64,000 nt of DNA. Source: the human T2T-CHM13v2.0 reference genome, Homo sapiens. Position 1 is the first letter of the stretch. Every line of letters starts with the position of its first letter. This document shows, in pieces, positions 47,763 through 61,656 of the stretch. The stretch is from NCBI RefSeq assembly GCF_009914755.1, contig NC_060947.1; one strand, given 5' to 3'. Below the pieces are notes generated by a model. The model made no database searches, was not told the DNA's origin, and worked only from the letters and a program-made list of their open reading frames with translations. Position numbers and translations under genes: made by a program.

Positions 47763-48629
47763 AAGGTAGTTTTATTTAGGATGGGGTAGGTAAGGTCATA
47801 TTTATAGCTAGAAGGAGTCAGTAGAAAGCGAGATTTGGAATGTTCACAACACAAATAAATGATAAATGTTTGAGGTCATGGATATCCTAAATACCTTCAT
47901 TTGATCATTACACATTGTATGCATGTGTCAAAATATCACATGGACCCCTTAAATATGTACAATTATTATGTATCAATCAAAAATTATTTATGTTTATTTT
48001 TACAAAAGGGAAATAGAGGACCCAGTTGATGGATGAAAGTTAATGAGGGCATGGGAGGGATAGAGACATGGGACACTGATAGAGGGATTTGCTTCAGATA
48101 GGAACAGAGCCATCTCATTCTGTGAGCTCTAAGGAAAAGGACAAGAAGTGACATTTATTGAGCACATTCTATGTACTAAATTTTTTATAAATACTACCTA
48201 ATCTAATCCTCACAACACTTTAAGGTAGGTATTATAGAAAGTACAATTTGTGTTCAGTTGTGCACAAAATGAGACTTTATTATTTCAATAAGAGTTTAGT
48301 CTCTGAAGTCATAATCAGGTTTCAGTTAAGTCAATATTAGTTAGTTAGTGCTAATGAGTTAATACTAATCATTAGTTAGTGCTAATGATAGCAATAGATT
48401 GGAAAAAACCTAAATGTCTATCATAGGGGGTTGATGAAATAAATTATGGCCCATCTTCACAATGGGACACACTATAACTGCTAACAAAAGAATGAGGTAG
48501 CCCTTTTTGGATTGATACAGAATGAGCTCCAAAACACCTTGTAAATGAATAAAAACACCCACAAGGTGAACATCGGGTATAGCATGTTATAATTTGTGTA
48601 AAAAAGAAGAAGCAAAACAAAGGACCTAC

Positions 48630-48955
48630 ATGTTTGCATATATATGCATTTATATATTAATAGATATTAATATATTTTAATTTTATGTTATATATTATAT
48701 TATAATTAATTTATATATTAATATATAAAGCATGTATATGTATGAATTTATAATATATGTACTTATATATTATATATTATAAATGCATACATATTATACA
48801 TGCATATTATATATTAATATATAATATACATATATAATGTATATTATATATAAATATACTAATTGTGTTAATATATATAGATCTATTATATTTATTAATA
48901 TAAATGGATATATATGCATTTATGTATTATATATTATCATATATGTATTATATCT
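48630..48955. repeat. AT-rich low complexity within an L1M 3' fragment
   Basis: (TA)-rich degenerate tract. Confidence 0.9.
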
Positions 48956-49257
48956 CTGAAAGGATATACAACAGGTAACAGGCAGATGTCTCCTGGGAAG
49001 GGATGGAGTGGTGAGATGGAGACTTGATTTTCACTGTATACTCTTTGGTACCTATTGAACTGTAGGTGATCTACCATCCACATATGTTACCTATTTAAAA
49101 ATGAAATTTCACTTAAATAAATAAACAAACAAACATAGTGAGTTCAGGATTTTTCTGTCATCTTCCTTCCTCCCAGAGTGGTATCTCAGTTCTAGCAGGC
49201 TTACACAGCCCCATGGCTGCAGTGGGAAGCAGCTATTTGAGCTGGTAGCACTTAGAT

Positions 49258-49431
49258 CAGAGGTTGATCCAGGTTTGATGGGGCTCAATTTATGCAACTT
49301 AGAGAACCTTTTAAAGAAAAATAATACACAATTAGGAATACAAAATTAAGTAGAAATCCTTGGAATTCATTTGTGCAAATGAGGGGCCCTGAAGCTGAAA
49401 CTTCATTAGCTTCAAGGTAAATCAGCCTCTG
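49258..49431. mobile_element. hAT-type MITE (related copy at ~42925-43090)
   Basis: TIRs CAGAGGTTGAT / ATCAGCCTCTG; shared CTTC(A/G)TTAGCTT core. Confidence 0.6.
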
Positions 49432-50202
49432 ACTCTGAGTATATTATTCCATCGGGGCTTAGCCAGTGTTACTCCTCCACAGTGCTGCACTGAGATAAAA
49501 AGATGCTCATCTTATTTCCAGCCTTACAGCCATGCCCTAAATGCATACAATCATTAGGGGCAGATTTCTTCAGATCTGCCAGCTTCCACTCTCAGATCAC
49601 TTACGTGCCCTTCTTAGAGGTTACAGGAAAATTCAGCTGCTGTCCCAAGCCACAGATATGAGAAACTTGGCAAAATTAGGATGTGGACAGTTAAAAAGCA
49701 GCATTTTGGGTTCCTCAGAGACCGTAGTGACATCAGTTCCCACTTGGTTGTGTCATGTTCTCTGGCAGTGTGCAGCCGTTCAAGTGCAGGAGCAGAGAAA
49801 AGGGGGCTATTGGTATCCAGAAAGGGACAAGGGAGTTGGGATATGGCAAGATAGATGCTGAAATTGACAGAATTGAAGTCAACTTACTGTGAGGCTGTGG
49901 TGCTAAGAAGTTCAGCGGTGATTTCCGTGACACCACTATCTCCTTGTCCTTTTCCTATCTTTGTGGTCACTCATTTACAGTCTTCTTTATTGGACCCTCT
50001 TTCTTTAATTATCCTTTAAATATTAATATGTCCAGGGCTCTGTCTCCATACTAGATATCTCTACTTGGATATCCCATAGGCACTTCAAGTCAAACACAAA
50101 CTCATTTTCTTCCCCACATCATGCTTGATCTTCTGATTTATTGGGATCCTATTTTACAAGCTTCATTTCATTTCATTTCCATAGCAATGTGATCAAGTTT
50201 GG

Positions 50203-50802
50203 AGATATTCCTATAGAATATTATATATATTATATAAGATATATTCCTATAGAATATTTATATACAAAATATTATATTTATATATTATTTTATATCAAAT
50301 ATAAATATATAAATATTTATATAAAATATAATCCAATATTATAGTATAATATAGATATATTTATATAAATGTATCTATATAAATATATATTTATATATAA
50401 TATATTTATATAAATAAAATATTTTTATTTTATACATATTTATATAAAATATGTTTTATATAAATAAAATAATATATAAATATGTTATAATTATATATTA
50501 TAGATTATTATATTATATTATATTTATATATTATAGTATTTATAATATATATTACATTATATATGATATATAATGTAATATATATTATATATATTATGTA
50601 ATATATAATATATTATATTATATATATTATGTAATATATAATATATTATATTATATATTATGTAATATATAATATATTATATTATATATATTATGTAATA
50701 TATAATATATTATATTATATATTATGTAATATATATTATAATTATATATTTTATTTAGATAATTACATATTAATATACATTATCTCTATATTCTATATAT
50801 AT
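50203..50802. repeat. AT-rich tract with a ~27-31 bp VNTR core
   Basis: TATTATGTAATATATAATATATTATAT-like units at 50570-50740. Confidence 0.92.
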
Positions 50803-51394
50803 GTGTCAAATCAGAATACCTGTTCTCTCTACCACATACAGATATTATGAGAATGTATAAAATACTAGACATGAAAGGACTTTGTGGGAAAAAGTGAAAA
50901 GTACCATACAAGCACAGGGTATTATTTTCACACATTCATATAGTTAAATGAGTTTCCATCATCAAACACCTGTTGAAACATATCATTCCTGCTTTCCTCT
51001 GTTCTCTCTCAAGATGTTCTGGTATTTAACTCCTGGGCTGGCTCTCCCAGCTTCTTTGAACTTTTCTTGTGTGAGAGTCAGGAGAAATCACTTGTTTTAA
51101 TAAAGCTGGCTATAAAGTATGTTTCTATAAAGTCAATTTTGAAAACCTATGGAGAAAATGATAAAATCAGAGATACATTGCTACTGAGGCAAAAAAAATC
51201 CCAATTTGGGACCTAAAATGATGAAGTAATTGAGATGGCTCAAGCTGCCCTATTTAAAACTCTTTCTCTGCACCTTTATTTTTATTCGTACGTATTTTAT
51301 TTAGCTAGCCCTAATATGGCACTTACTACATGTCAGACACTATTCTAAGTGCTTTACAGATATTACTTGATTTAGTCCTCATAAAACACTATTT

Positions 51395-51689
51395 TGGGGA
51401 GCCGGGGGGGACAGTGTCTCACTCTGTTGCCCAGGCTGGAGTGCAGTGGTGCGATCACAGCTTGCTGCAGCCTCAACCTCCTGGGCTCAAGTAATTTTCC
51501 TACTTCAGCCTCCTGAGTAGCTAGGACCACAGGCACATGTCACCACTCCTAGCTAATTTTTGTAATTTTTGCAGAGACAGGGTTTCACCATGTTGCCTAG
51601 GCTGGTCTTGAACTCCTGGCCTCAACTGATCCTCCTGTCTCAGCCTCCCAAAGGGCTGGGATTACAGGTGTGACCCAACACAGCCAGCC
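51395..51689 (-). mobile_element. AluJ
   Basis: Alu dimer with a G-rich decayed tail. Confidence 0.9.
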
Positions 51690-52516
51690 TTAACACACTT
51701 CTTACTCTCATTTTACAGACAAGGAGACTAAGTCACAGAGAGATTAAGTAAATTGCCTAAGCTTGCACACTTTCCCCCACTGTAGGCCATTTCTGGACCA
51801 TAACCTCATGATTCTGACTCTATCCTTGTAGACCCAAAACTTGACCCTCCCCTTCTCCTGCATGGGCATTTCCCAGATAATTATCACATCATATCCTACT
51901 ATGCTGGGCAGTAATAGCAAACTGCATCAGTACGCATTGTAAAATGAGCCTGGTTTTAGCCAGGAGAGCTGAATTTGCTCTGCCATTAACCAATTGTGTC
52001 ATATGGAAAGCCAGATGAAAAATAGAAACTCTCAGCATGGGACCCTAGTGCAACAAAGAATTGTCTGCTGTGGTGAGTAGCCCACTGAAGAAGGATGTGG
52101 CTGCTCCCAGCGTAATGTTTCAGAAGGTAGTAAGTCAAGGATCTTCCCACTTGGCAGGTTTCTCACCACTGGAAGACTGCCTCGTCCACCAGATCTTTGC
52201 AGGGAGTTAGTGAGTCACTGGAGACTGAATCCACTCCTTCATTTGTATCCTTGATCTCAGATCCTTTGTGCTGTTTATGTAATGGTTCTATAGTAAACCA
52301 AAGTACAAGAAACTTGGGCCCAGCGAGAATCTCCATAAATACAGGTCCTTGGGCCATGATGAGCCTTTGTGGTCTGACCTACATCAGGCCTCCTGGGCAA
52401 GTCATTTAACATCTCTGAGTCTCAGCTTTTCCTTCTATCAACATGTGAGTCAATGTTGTTTAGTCAGAAGAAAAAAGTGTTTTGTGTCAGGCAAACTTTC
52501 TTTTTCTCTGTGTGTG

Positions 52517-52747
52517 GCAGGGTATCACTCTGTCACCCAGGCGAGAATGCAGTGGTGCGATCATGGCTCATTGCACCCTCAACCTCCCAGGCTCAAGCAA
52601 TCCTCCCCCTTCATTTTTTGATTTTTTTGTAGAGATGAGATCTCCCTATGTTGCCCAGGCTGATCTCCAACTCCTGAGCTAAAGTGATCCTCCTGCCTCA
52701 GCCTCCCAAAATGCTAGGATTACAGGCATGAGCCACTGTGCCCTGCC
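52517..52747 (-). mobile_element. AluJ, internally deleted
   Basis: Right arm truncated after CAATCCTCCC. Confidence 0.85.
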
Positions 52748-52778
52748 CAGAAAACTTCCTTATTCATTCATTCATTCA

Positions 52779-53111
<333 letters not shown>

Positions 53112-54426
53112 TTATGGAGTGTCTATTATGTGCCAGTCACTTACACACTAGGGACACAGAGGCGAACAAAGCTGATATTGGGGTAGTACCTGCCCTTATG
53201 AAGCTTACATTCTAGTTGGAAAAACAGGCAAAAGACAAGTAAACAAGTAATTATAAGTTGGAATAAGTGACACAGTAAACACTATGATAGAAATGGTATG
53301 TGTGTGTTGAGGGGCACTATTTTCCACAGGGTGATCAGACAGAGTTTTTCTAAAGAAGTGTCATTTAAGCCAATTTTTTTAAACTAGGTTTGTGACCTTG
53401 GCCAAATTACAGTAAATTTTTAAAAAATGATAATAGGTGACTGTTGTGAGCTTCAATGGGCATACCTCCTACCTTCCAGAATCCTTGTGATGCTCCAGTG
53501 AGATGATATGTGCAAACATCCAGCACACAGTAAGCTATCTATAAATGTGAATGCATTTCCCCTTCTAGCTGGAGCAGTTGGTGTTCTCCAGCCTGAAATT
53601 TGCTTAAGGTCACACAATCTGGTTTGGTAGCTATTTACCTACTTAATCAGTTCAATAAGTTGGTAATTTAATGGACAAATCAACTCATTTCAAAATTAGC
53701 AAAAAAAATACACACACTTTAGGATTGAACCTAGTTGTCTTCAATTTATAGGGCCTGCCCATCATCAAATCTAGCTAAGCCTTCCCTTAAAATAATCAGC
53801 TAACAAAGCAGCAGATTAATGTCCTGTAATTTTCCAAATTGGTATCAGCTAGATTTCCCTATCACTGACTCAACCTTCAGCAAAATCGTTATGGGAGATA
53901 TCCACTACTAGATCTTTGTACTGCCCAAGGAAATGGCACCTTGATTTCTCCTTAGGGTGGAACAAGGAAACAGACCTTTGATAGGGAATGGATGCTGTGG
54001 TTCTCTCCACTTACAGGTGAGGAACTAGCAGAGTTTAATTTTCACATCCAAGGTCACATAACAAAGTTGCTAGCAAGCTCAGACCAGAATTCAAGGCTAT
54101 GGACTCTTTTGCCACTATTTTCCTGCTTAGACCAGTGGTTGCCTGGGGTGATGATTAAAAAATGCAATTCAGCAGAACTAAAACCCCTACTGACTGGTTA
54201 TCCTATTACAAGACATGCACACGCACACACACACACGCACACGCAAGTGCAAATTAATAGAACTAATGATGCTGATTTTGTCAAGAATAATGTGATCATT
54301 TGTGATTGACATTCAGTATTCTAAATAATCTATACTAAGAGCAAAGATAGAGATTATCATTATGACAGACCAGTCCCTAAGGTCACTTGGTGGAACCTCA
54401 TCTGACTACATTATAAAAGCACTATG

Positions 54427-54428
<2 letters not shown>

Positions 54429-54484
<56 letters not shown>
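54429..54484. repeat. (CA)n(GA)n compound microsatellite
   Basis: Directly visible. Confidence 0.97.
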
Positions 54485-56100
54485 TGTACTGAGGTAGTCA
54501 AACTCTTTTTTTAGTTTTTATCGTTAATAATGTACCTACAAGTAAAAGTTTAAGCCATGCTTCAGCTAAGGTCTGAAATGTGAGGAGATCACACTGTTCG
54601 GGCAGGGAGAAAGGAAGTGAAAGCTGCTCAACTTAATGAAGCAAAAGCAATATTCTTGGTTTCTGTTTAAGATATTTTTCATGATCAAGAAAGAATTACT
54701 ATTTATTCAAGTACTACTTCCAATTATTCATATGAAAGATTATAAATCTCTAACTTGAATTTTGTCCAAATCAACCACGGTGTAACATAAATCAGCCCCT
54801 AAATCCACCTAAGTTTTTGTCTTTGAAAATATTGTTGAAAATATGTTTTCACCCTAAAACAGGCATACTCATTTCCATTTATACTCAATACTGTCAGTCC
54901 TAACCCCAAAATTTAAGAGCTCTGTCAAAATTAAAATAACATCCTTAGGATTAAGCTGAACCATAGTTCATTTCAAATTATTCAATACACAAAACCATGA
55001 GGTATGCTTGAAATAAATTAGAAGCAATGGCTGTAACAACCATTTCCCAAGTCAATGCTTTTGAGCAGCTCATAGAAATAGATCCCTGCTTTGGTGGCCA
55101 AAGCAATTTAAGCAAATTAGAGATGCTTAAGCTTTTGTCAAATGACTGTACTAAAGTCAAATTTTATATACTTTAAAAGCCAATGTTATAGATAGTAATT
55201 ATAATTGCTTCTGACAAGTCAGTTAAGAAACCATCCTAGACCTCTAAAATATACAATAGTGTTTAAATAGGATTGTCCCTTTAAGCACAATTCTACATAA
55301 ATCACTTAAAGTAACAAAGGAACAGGAGTCACTGTAAAACAGATGCAGTTTGGCAACCTGGTTCTCCTAAAACATTAGAAGGGCCCTGGCACATAATCAA
55401 AGTAACTAGGGCTGGACAAATTTTTGGCAACCAAGAGGCATTACTGGAATAATATGGAAGAGCTCCTCCTTCACTATGAACAGAAATAATTTTATGGTTC
55501 CCAACATTAGCTTACTTTCCTTTGTCTTGTTAAAAAATATTCACCATTGACTATGGTGACTATAACTCATGGAGAGATTTTCTCATATTTTCCTATAGAA
55601 GATAAGTGATATAAAACTGCTTAGGTATAGAAATATCTAAGTATCCTCCAATGCAAGAAAAAATATTCCTAAGTGAAAATGACATGAAATTGGGATACTC
55701 AACAAATATTGAGCCCTATGACACCTCTCTCTTCTGCTTTTTCTTCTACCCTCAGCTTGGCTGAATAACTCTTTATTCATCAGCTCTTTAAATGAAGTTC
55801 TGTCCTGTGCACTCTCGGCTCTTCTCACTGCCAAAGCCTGAAAGGCCAAGACTTCTTGTACCTGCATGTACAATGTGAATCTATCATCTCTCTCCATCAC
55901 CTCACTATCCCACATCACTTCCCACAACCCTCTACCTATCACCACCTTCTGCTGTTTCTCCTGCATTATTTCATCTGTGCTTGCCAGAAATTTGGTATTC
56001 ATTCTAGAAAGGAGTAAGGATAAATTGTGTGGGCTTTGAGGGTTAAGTTACTCCAGATGCTACCACATTCTAATTAAATGAACTATCAGCAAGATTATAT

Positions 56101-56376
56101 CGAGACAAGGTATCTCTCTGTCACCCAGGCTGGAGTGCAGTGGCGTGATCACAGCTCACTGTAACCTCAAACTCCTGGGCTCAAGTGAGGCTCCCCCTTC
56201 AGCCTCCTGAGTAGATGGGAGGGACTACAGGTGCACACAACTATGCCTGGCTAATTCTTGTATTTTTTGTAGAGATGGGGGTCTCACCATTTTGCTCAGG
56301 CTGGTATTGAACTCCTAGTTTCAAGTGATCCTCCCACCTCAGCCTCCCAATTTGCTGGGATTACAAGCATGAGACC
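56101..56376 (-). mobile_element. AluJ
   Basis: Alu dimer without tail. Confidence 0.88.
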
Positions 56377-56929
56377 TCAATCATTTTAACCATGGTAAAG
56401 TTGGTAAATGAAAAATAACTCACCATTGTTTTAATTTGAATTGATAATTACTGAGCATGAACTTTTAAGACTGTATCCCTACGAAATTTTTTCTTTTATC
56501 TCCATTTTTCTATTGGTCGAGGCTCTGGAGACAGAAGGATATGGACTTGGTTTTTGGCTTGCTAGATGCGCAAAGTTGGACAAATTACTTAGCCTTTCTG
56601 AGCTTCGGTTTCTTCATCTTTGAAGTGGAAATAATAACAGATTAATCTTACAGAATAGTGCTATCTTTCTGGATTGTGAAAATAATGAGACAATACTTGT
56701 AAAGCATTTATTATTATAGTGTTTGAAACATAGAAAGTGCTCAGTGAACGTTAGCTGTTATTATTATTTGGCTCTTTATAGATTAAAAAGAATTACTGTT
56801 CGATATTCACAAATCTCATTTCTTCATTAATTTCTCCCATCTACTCAAATGTCACCTCAACAGCAAGAACTTCCCTGATCATCAAATTTTCACACAGCAA
56901 CCAACCCCAGCAGTATTCCCCTACCTTGC

Positions 56930-57360
56930 GAAACTGGGTTGAGTTGCGGCCTTTCAAAAGATATGTCCAAATCTTAACCCCCAGTAATCGTAAATGTGAA
57001 CTTCTTTGGAAATAGGATCTTTGCAGATGGGTTCCAGTTAAGATGAGGTCACACTCAGTAAGGGTAGGCCCTGAATCCAATGACACATACAGGCACACAG
57101 GGAGACTGCTATGTGACAACAGAGACAGAGACTGGAGTGATGGGTCTACAAGCCAGAGAATGCCAATGATTGCCAGTAACCACCAGAAGGGGGAAGAGGC
57201 AAGGAAGGATCATCCTCTAGAGCTTTCAGAGGGAACATGGCCCTACTGATACCTTGATTTCAGACTTCTCATTTCCAGAACTGTGAGAGAAAACATTTCT
57301 GTTGTTCTAAGGCACCCAGTTTCTGGTACTTTGTTATGGCAGTCCTAGAAAACAACTACA
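56930..57360 (+). mobile_element. MLT1B/C-like LTR
   Basis: TTTGGAAATAGGATCTTTGCAGATG ... GTTATGGCAGTCCTAG. Confidence 0.85.
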
Positions 57361-57507
57361 TTTGCCTAATTTTTCTGCATAGCACTTATCATCTGACATG
57401 CTAAATATTCATTTTGTTTATTATCTGTTTTCTCTCATTAGAATATAAGATCTGCGAGAGCAGGGACTTTGTTCATACTGATTCTTTAGCATTAAGAGGG
57501 TGCCTGA

Positions 57508-57803
57508 GGCCGGGTGCAGTGGCTGACGCCTGTAATCCCAGCACTTTGGGAGGCCAAGGTGGACGGATCACCTGAGGTCAGGAGTTCGAGACCAGCCTGG
57601 CCAACACAACGAAGCCCATCTCTACTAAAAATACAAAAATTAGCTGGATGTGGTGGCATGCACCTGTAGTCCCAGCTACTTGGGAAACTGAGGCAAGAAA
57701 ATCGCTTGAACACCCTGGAGGCAGAGGTTACAGGAAGCCAAGATTGCACCACTGCACTCCAGCCTGGGTGACAGAGTGAGACTCAAATGAAAACAAAAAA
57801 AAA
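57508..57803 (+). mobile_element. AluSx-like
   Basis: Alu dimer; TSD AGAGGGTGCCTG. Confidence 0.94.
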
Positions 57804-58493
57804 AGAGGGTGCCTGGTACATAATAGATGCTCAATAAACGTCTCCCAAATGGATGAATGAATAAAGGATATTTACCATTCTGTGTCCTACATTAAACACC
57901 ATGATTTTTTAGTTTGTCTTTTGCTTTTTAATTTTAAGATAGTTTTTGATGTGGTTTTATTGTTCAAATTGATATTTTTGTCAGTGGTTTCTGTCACCTA
58001 TGTTATGTTTGAAACCACTTTTCCCAGTCTCATGGTCATATATGCACCTTATTTTCTTCTTAATCTTTCATAGTCTAATCCTTTTTTAAAATGTTATAAA
58101 AATTGTAAATAAAAGTAGAGAGAATAATGTAATGTGCAGTGTGCAGTTTCACTGTTTATATTCAACCCTCTATCCATCTGGAATTATTTTGATGTGTGGG
58201 ATGTGGGAGAGTTCTAGCTGTTTGTTTTGTTTGTTTTCAAAGATAGCTAACCAAATATTCCAACAACTTTTATCGACTAATCCATCTTTTCTTTACCAAT
58301 TTTGAATAGCTCCTTAATGATAATCTAAATACTTACATATACTTCAATCAAAACAGGAATCTCAACAATAGACATCTATTTTTGCATTAGCATCACTTTT
58401 TAAATGCTGCTTTATAATAAGTTTTAATACATGTTAATACAAGTTCCTCTTTGTGATTTTTTTCTCTGTGTTTTCTTTTTCATTAAAAAACAT

Positions 58494-58612
58494 TTTTTTC
58501 AGAGACAGCGTCTTACTATGGTTGCCCAGTCTGGTCTTCTGAGCTCAAACAATCCTCCCGCCTTGGCCTCCCAAAGGACTAGGATTACAGGCATGAGCGG
58601 CTGTGCTCTGCC
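58494..58612 (-). mobile_element. FLAM/Alu monomer in an old L1ME fragment
   Basis: CCTCCCGCCTTGGCCTCCCAAAGG...GATTACAGGCATGAGC. Confidence 0.8.
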
Positions 58613-58688
58613 TCCCAGTATTTTCTTGACTATTCTTCCCTGTTTATTCTTACATATGAACTTTAGAATTATGGTGGTTTGGAAACCG

Positions 58689-58796
58689 TCCCTTTGAGAT
58701 GTTGATTGGAATTGTATTAAATGTACCCATGTACTTGTAGGATCCCATTGAGATGTTGATTGGAATTGTATTAAATGTGCCCATGTATTTGTAGGA
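58689..58796. repeat. 54-bp tandem duplication
   Basis: 58689-58742 vs 58743-58796, 3 mismatches. Confidence 0.95.
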
Positions 58797-59811
58797 GAAA
58801 TCTGTCTCTTGTCTTTCTCCCTCTGCCTCTGTCCTGATGCAAATCCTCATCTCCCATCTGTAAAATAGCCTCCTAACTGGCTTCCAGCACAGTGGTCTCC
58901 CAGCCAGACTCCACATTGTCTTCAGAGAGATCTTATTAAAATGGTAAATTTGGGGTTCACTGCTTGAAATTGTTAAGTGACTACCCTTTCCATCTGGGAC
59001 AAGGTTCTGTGATCTGGCCCTGGGCCACCTGTCCTCTCACACACACCAGACATTCTGAACTAAACGCTGTTCTTTGGAAGAGCTCCCATCTGATGTCTTC
59101 CTTCCCTTGCTTTTTGCAAAACGACTCTTCCTAAAACACCCCTCGTTGGCCTTCTTTGCCTGCCTTAATGCCCCTCAGGAACCGCCCCAACACTGCCTCT
59201 GGGAAGTACTTCCTGACCCAGCCACGCTCCATCCCTGGCCTGGGTTACTTGCCTTCCTCCAGGCCTCCAAACTTCTAGCAGGCATTGATCATATTGGTCC
59301 CTAATTTGTTTATTTACTCAAACCTTGAGCAAGTCATTTCTTCCTGGTTCTCAGTTTCCTCACCTAATAAAGAATAAAGCTGGACTCTGATCTGTAAGTA
59401 GGGATTCTTTCAGCTACAATTTTATACCATAACTTCCCCTCCTTTTTGCTATATGTCCCTTGTTTCAAAACTAATATGACTGACAATTGCCAAAAAAGCA
59501 ACTTCCAAGTTGACATATGTTTAGGCTCATTCATACCTGTGCCACATTGACTCTTCTGTCTAGGGGAATGAATGCCCATACTGATGACCTTGGAAAGCCA
59601 TGGGATATTAAACTACCATCTGAACCAAAGATAGAAATTATACCTGGCAGTGCTTCTACTGAACTTACTGTAATTATTTAAAAATGAGCAAGCTATATAT
59701 GTCGTATGTAGATATTACTAATTTTGCCCATGATTAATGACTTAAATTAACCCATTCCCAAGTATTCTAGACAAATGACTTCAATGCAAAACACTTGAAG
59801 AATTATTGGAT

Positions 59812-60240
59812 AAGTCTGAGGTGAACAAAGGCGGAGCTGGGTGAAGCCGATGGAGCGGAGTTGCAGCACCTGGTGGCCGCCGAACAGCAGAAGGCGCAGT
59901 TTACTGCACAGGTGCATCACTTCATGGAGTTATGTTGGGATAAATGTGTGGAGAAGCCAGGGAATCGCCTGGACTCTTGCACTGAAAATTGTCTCTCCAG
60001 CTGTGTAGACCACTTCATTGACACCACTCTTGCCATCACCAGTCGGTTTGCCCAGATTGTACAGAAAGGAGGGCAGTAGGCCATCCCCCAGGAGAATGAC
60101 AGAAGCAAAGGACTTATTATTAAGCAGACTTAAGGGCCAGTGGGGGAAGGCTGTCAACCCATTGTCAGATCAGCATCAGGCTGTTATCAAGTCTGTTGGT
60201 CCTAAAAAGTAAAAGATGAAATGTTCAAAAAAAAAAAAAA
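59812..60240 (+). pseudogene. TIMM8BP2: TIMM8B (mitochondrial small Tim chaperone) processed pseudogene
   Basis: Intronless frame 59828-60079 (KAELGEADGAELQHLVAAEQQKAQF...CWDKC...CLSSC...QKGGQ*), start ATG mutated to AAG; poly(A) 60227-60240; TSD AAGAATTATTGGAT at 59798-59811 and 60241-60254. The pseudogene number is from recall. Confidence 0.95.
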
Positions 60241-61378
60241 AAGAATTATTGGATTAGTCTAACTTGAGCAAATATAGAATCAGAATTTTTGAAGCTAGAA
60301 AGGGTCCTCAGATCATCAAGTTCGGCCCTAACTTTAGGTGAGGGAATTGACTCTAGTGGGCAGAGTGGCCTACCCTAAGGAACACAGCTCCTCCACACAA
60401 GCCTATTAAAAGTGGAAACTGCAATAACTGACTGCATACTAGCCACGTTAGGTAAAGCACCAGTGAACCACTAGGACAATAAATTTGTATTATTAAAGTG
60501 GAGGTTTGGTGGTGTTAAGGATTACAACAAATAAGCTTTAATCCCCTCTTTTACTGAGCTACTTTATTAAAGGGCGGGAGACCCTTTTCTTTGCTGCCAC
60601 ATCAAACTTAACTATGATTAGGCACCAACAACGTAGTCAGCACTAGACAACACAGGAAATACCTGTAGTTATTTATGTTTGTATAATTGCCTCAAGCATT
60701 AGTCACTTTTAAAAAATTACACACACATACTTAATACTGGACGACAGAATTTACTACCCTAAGTCTCTTTTCATTAAGATTTCACTTCATCACTAACAAT
60801 TAAAATCCATCCCCCCAGCCGCCACCACCAGAGAACTTACTTAACCCACATATCCTTGAGGTAGACCAATGTTATCACTGTATTTCCCCTAATGAGGAAA
60901 TTGAAGCCTTAGGCAACTAGCTCAAGATTAAAATGCAATTCAGAGAGAGTTCCTCTTACTGATTAAAATGGACTGATGTTATGAGGAAAAATCAAAAGGG
61001 TTTCAAAATTAGAAAATTCCATGGCACCAGGAAGTAAGAATGACACATACTGATACCATCTTTTAGTTTGGCAGCACCTTTTTGATGAGAACTAAATGTT
61101 CATGTTGGCAGACAGTAAAACTACCACAAGCCTCGTTTCTTCATTTGCCAAATACATGATGTTAAAGATTAACATTAAAATATGAAACATAGAACTGGAA
61201 AGCAAGCCAGTCCCTGCTTCGAGTTCTTTTAATTTTATGAAGTTTAAAATAAACAACTTCCTTTGTTAACTTTGTCCTAGAAGCTGTCGTTAGCTGTTTT
61301 CGAGCAGTGGTTCTGCAAGTATGGTGTCTTGACCAGCAGCATCAGCTCCTAGGGAAAGGTTAGAAATGCAATTCCTTA

Positions 61379-61656
61379 CCTGTAATGCCAGCACTTTGGG
61401 AGGCCAAGGTGGGTGGATCTCTTGAGGTCAGGAGTTCGAGACCAGCCTGACCAACATGGTGAAACCCCGTCTCTACTAAAAGTACAGAATTAGCCAAGCG
61501 TGGTGGCGCACGCCTGTAATCCCAGCTACTCAGGAGGCTGAGGCAGGAGAATCACTTCAACCCGGAAGGTGGAGGTTGTGGTGAATGAGAGATCGGGCCA
61601 TTGCACTCCAGTCTGGGCAACAAGAGCGAAACTCCGTCTCAAAAAGAAAAAAATAA
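61379..61656 (+). mobile_element. AluS, slightly 5' truncated, inserted in MER5A (~61305-61760)
   Basis: 17-bp TSD AGAAATGCAATTCCTTA at 61362-61378 and 61657-61673. Confidence 0.94.

Noticed and set aside
61381-61400. GCACTTT miR-17/106 seed matches in Alus near the cluster
   Set aside because: Part of the Alu consensus and present genome-wide; not locus-specific
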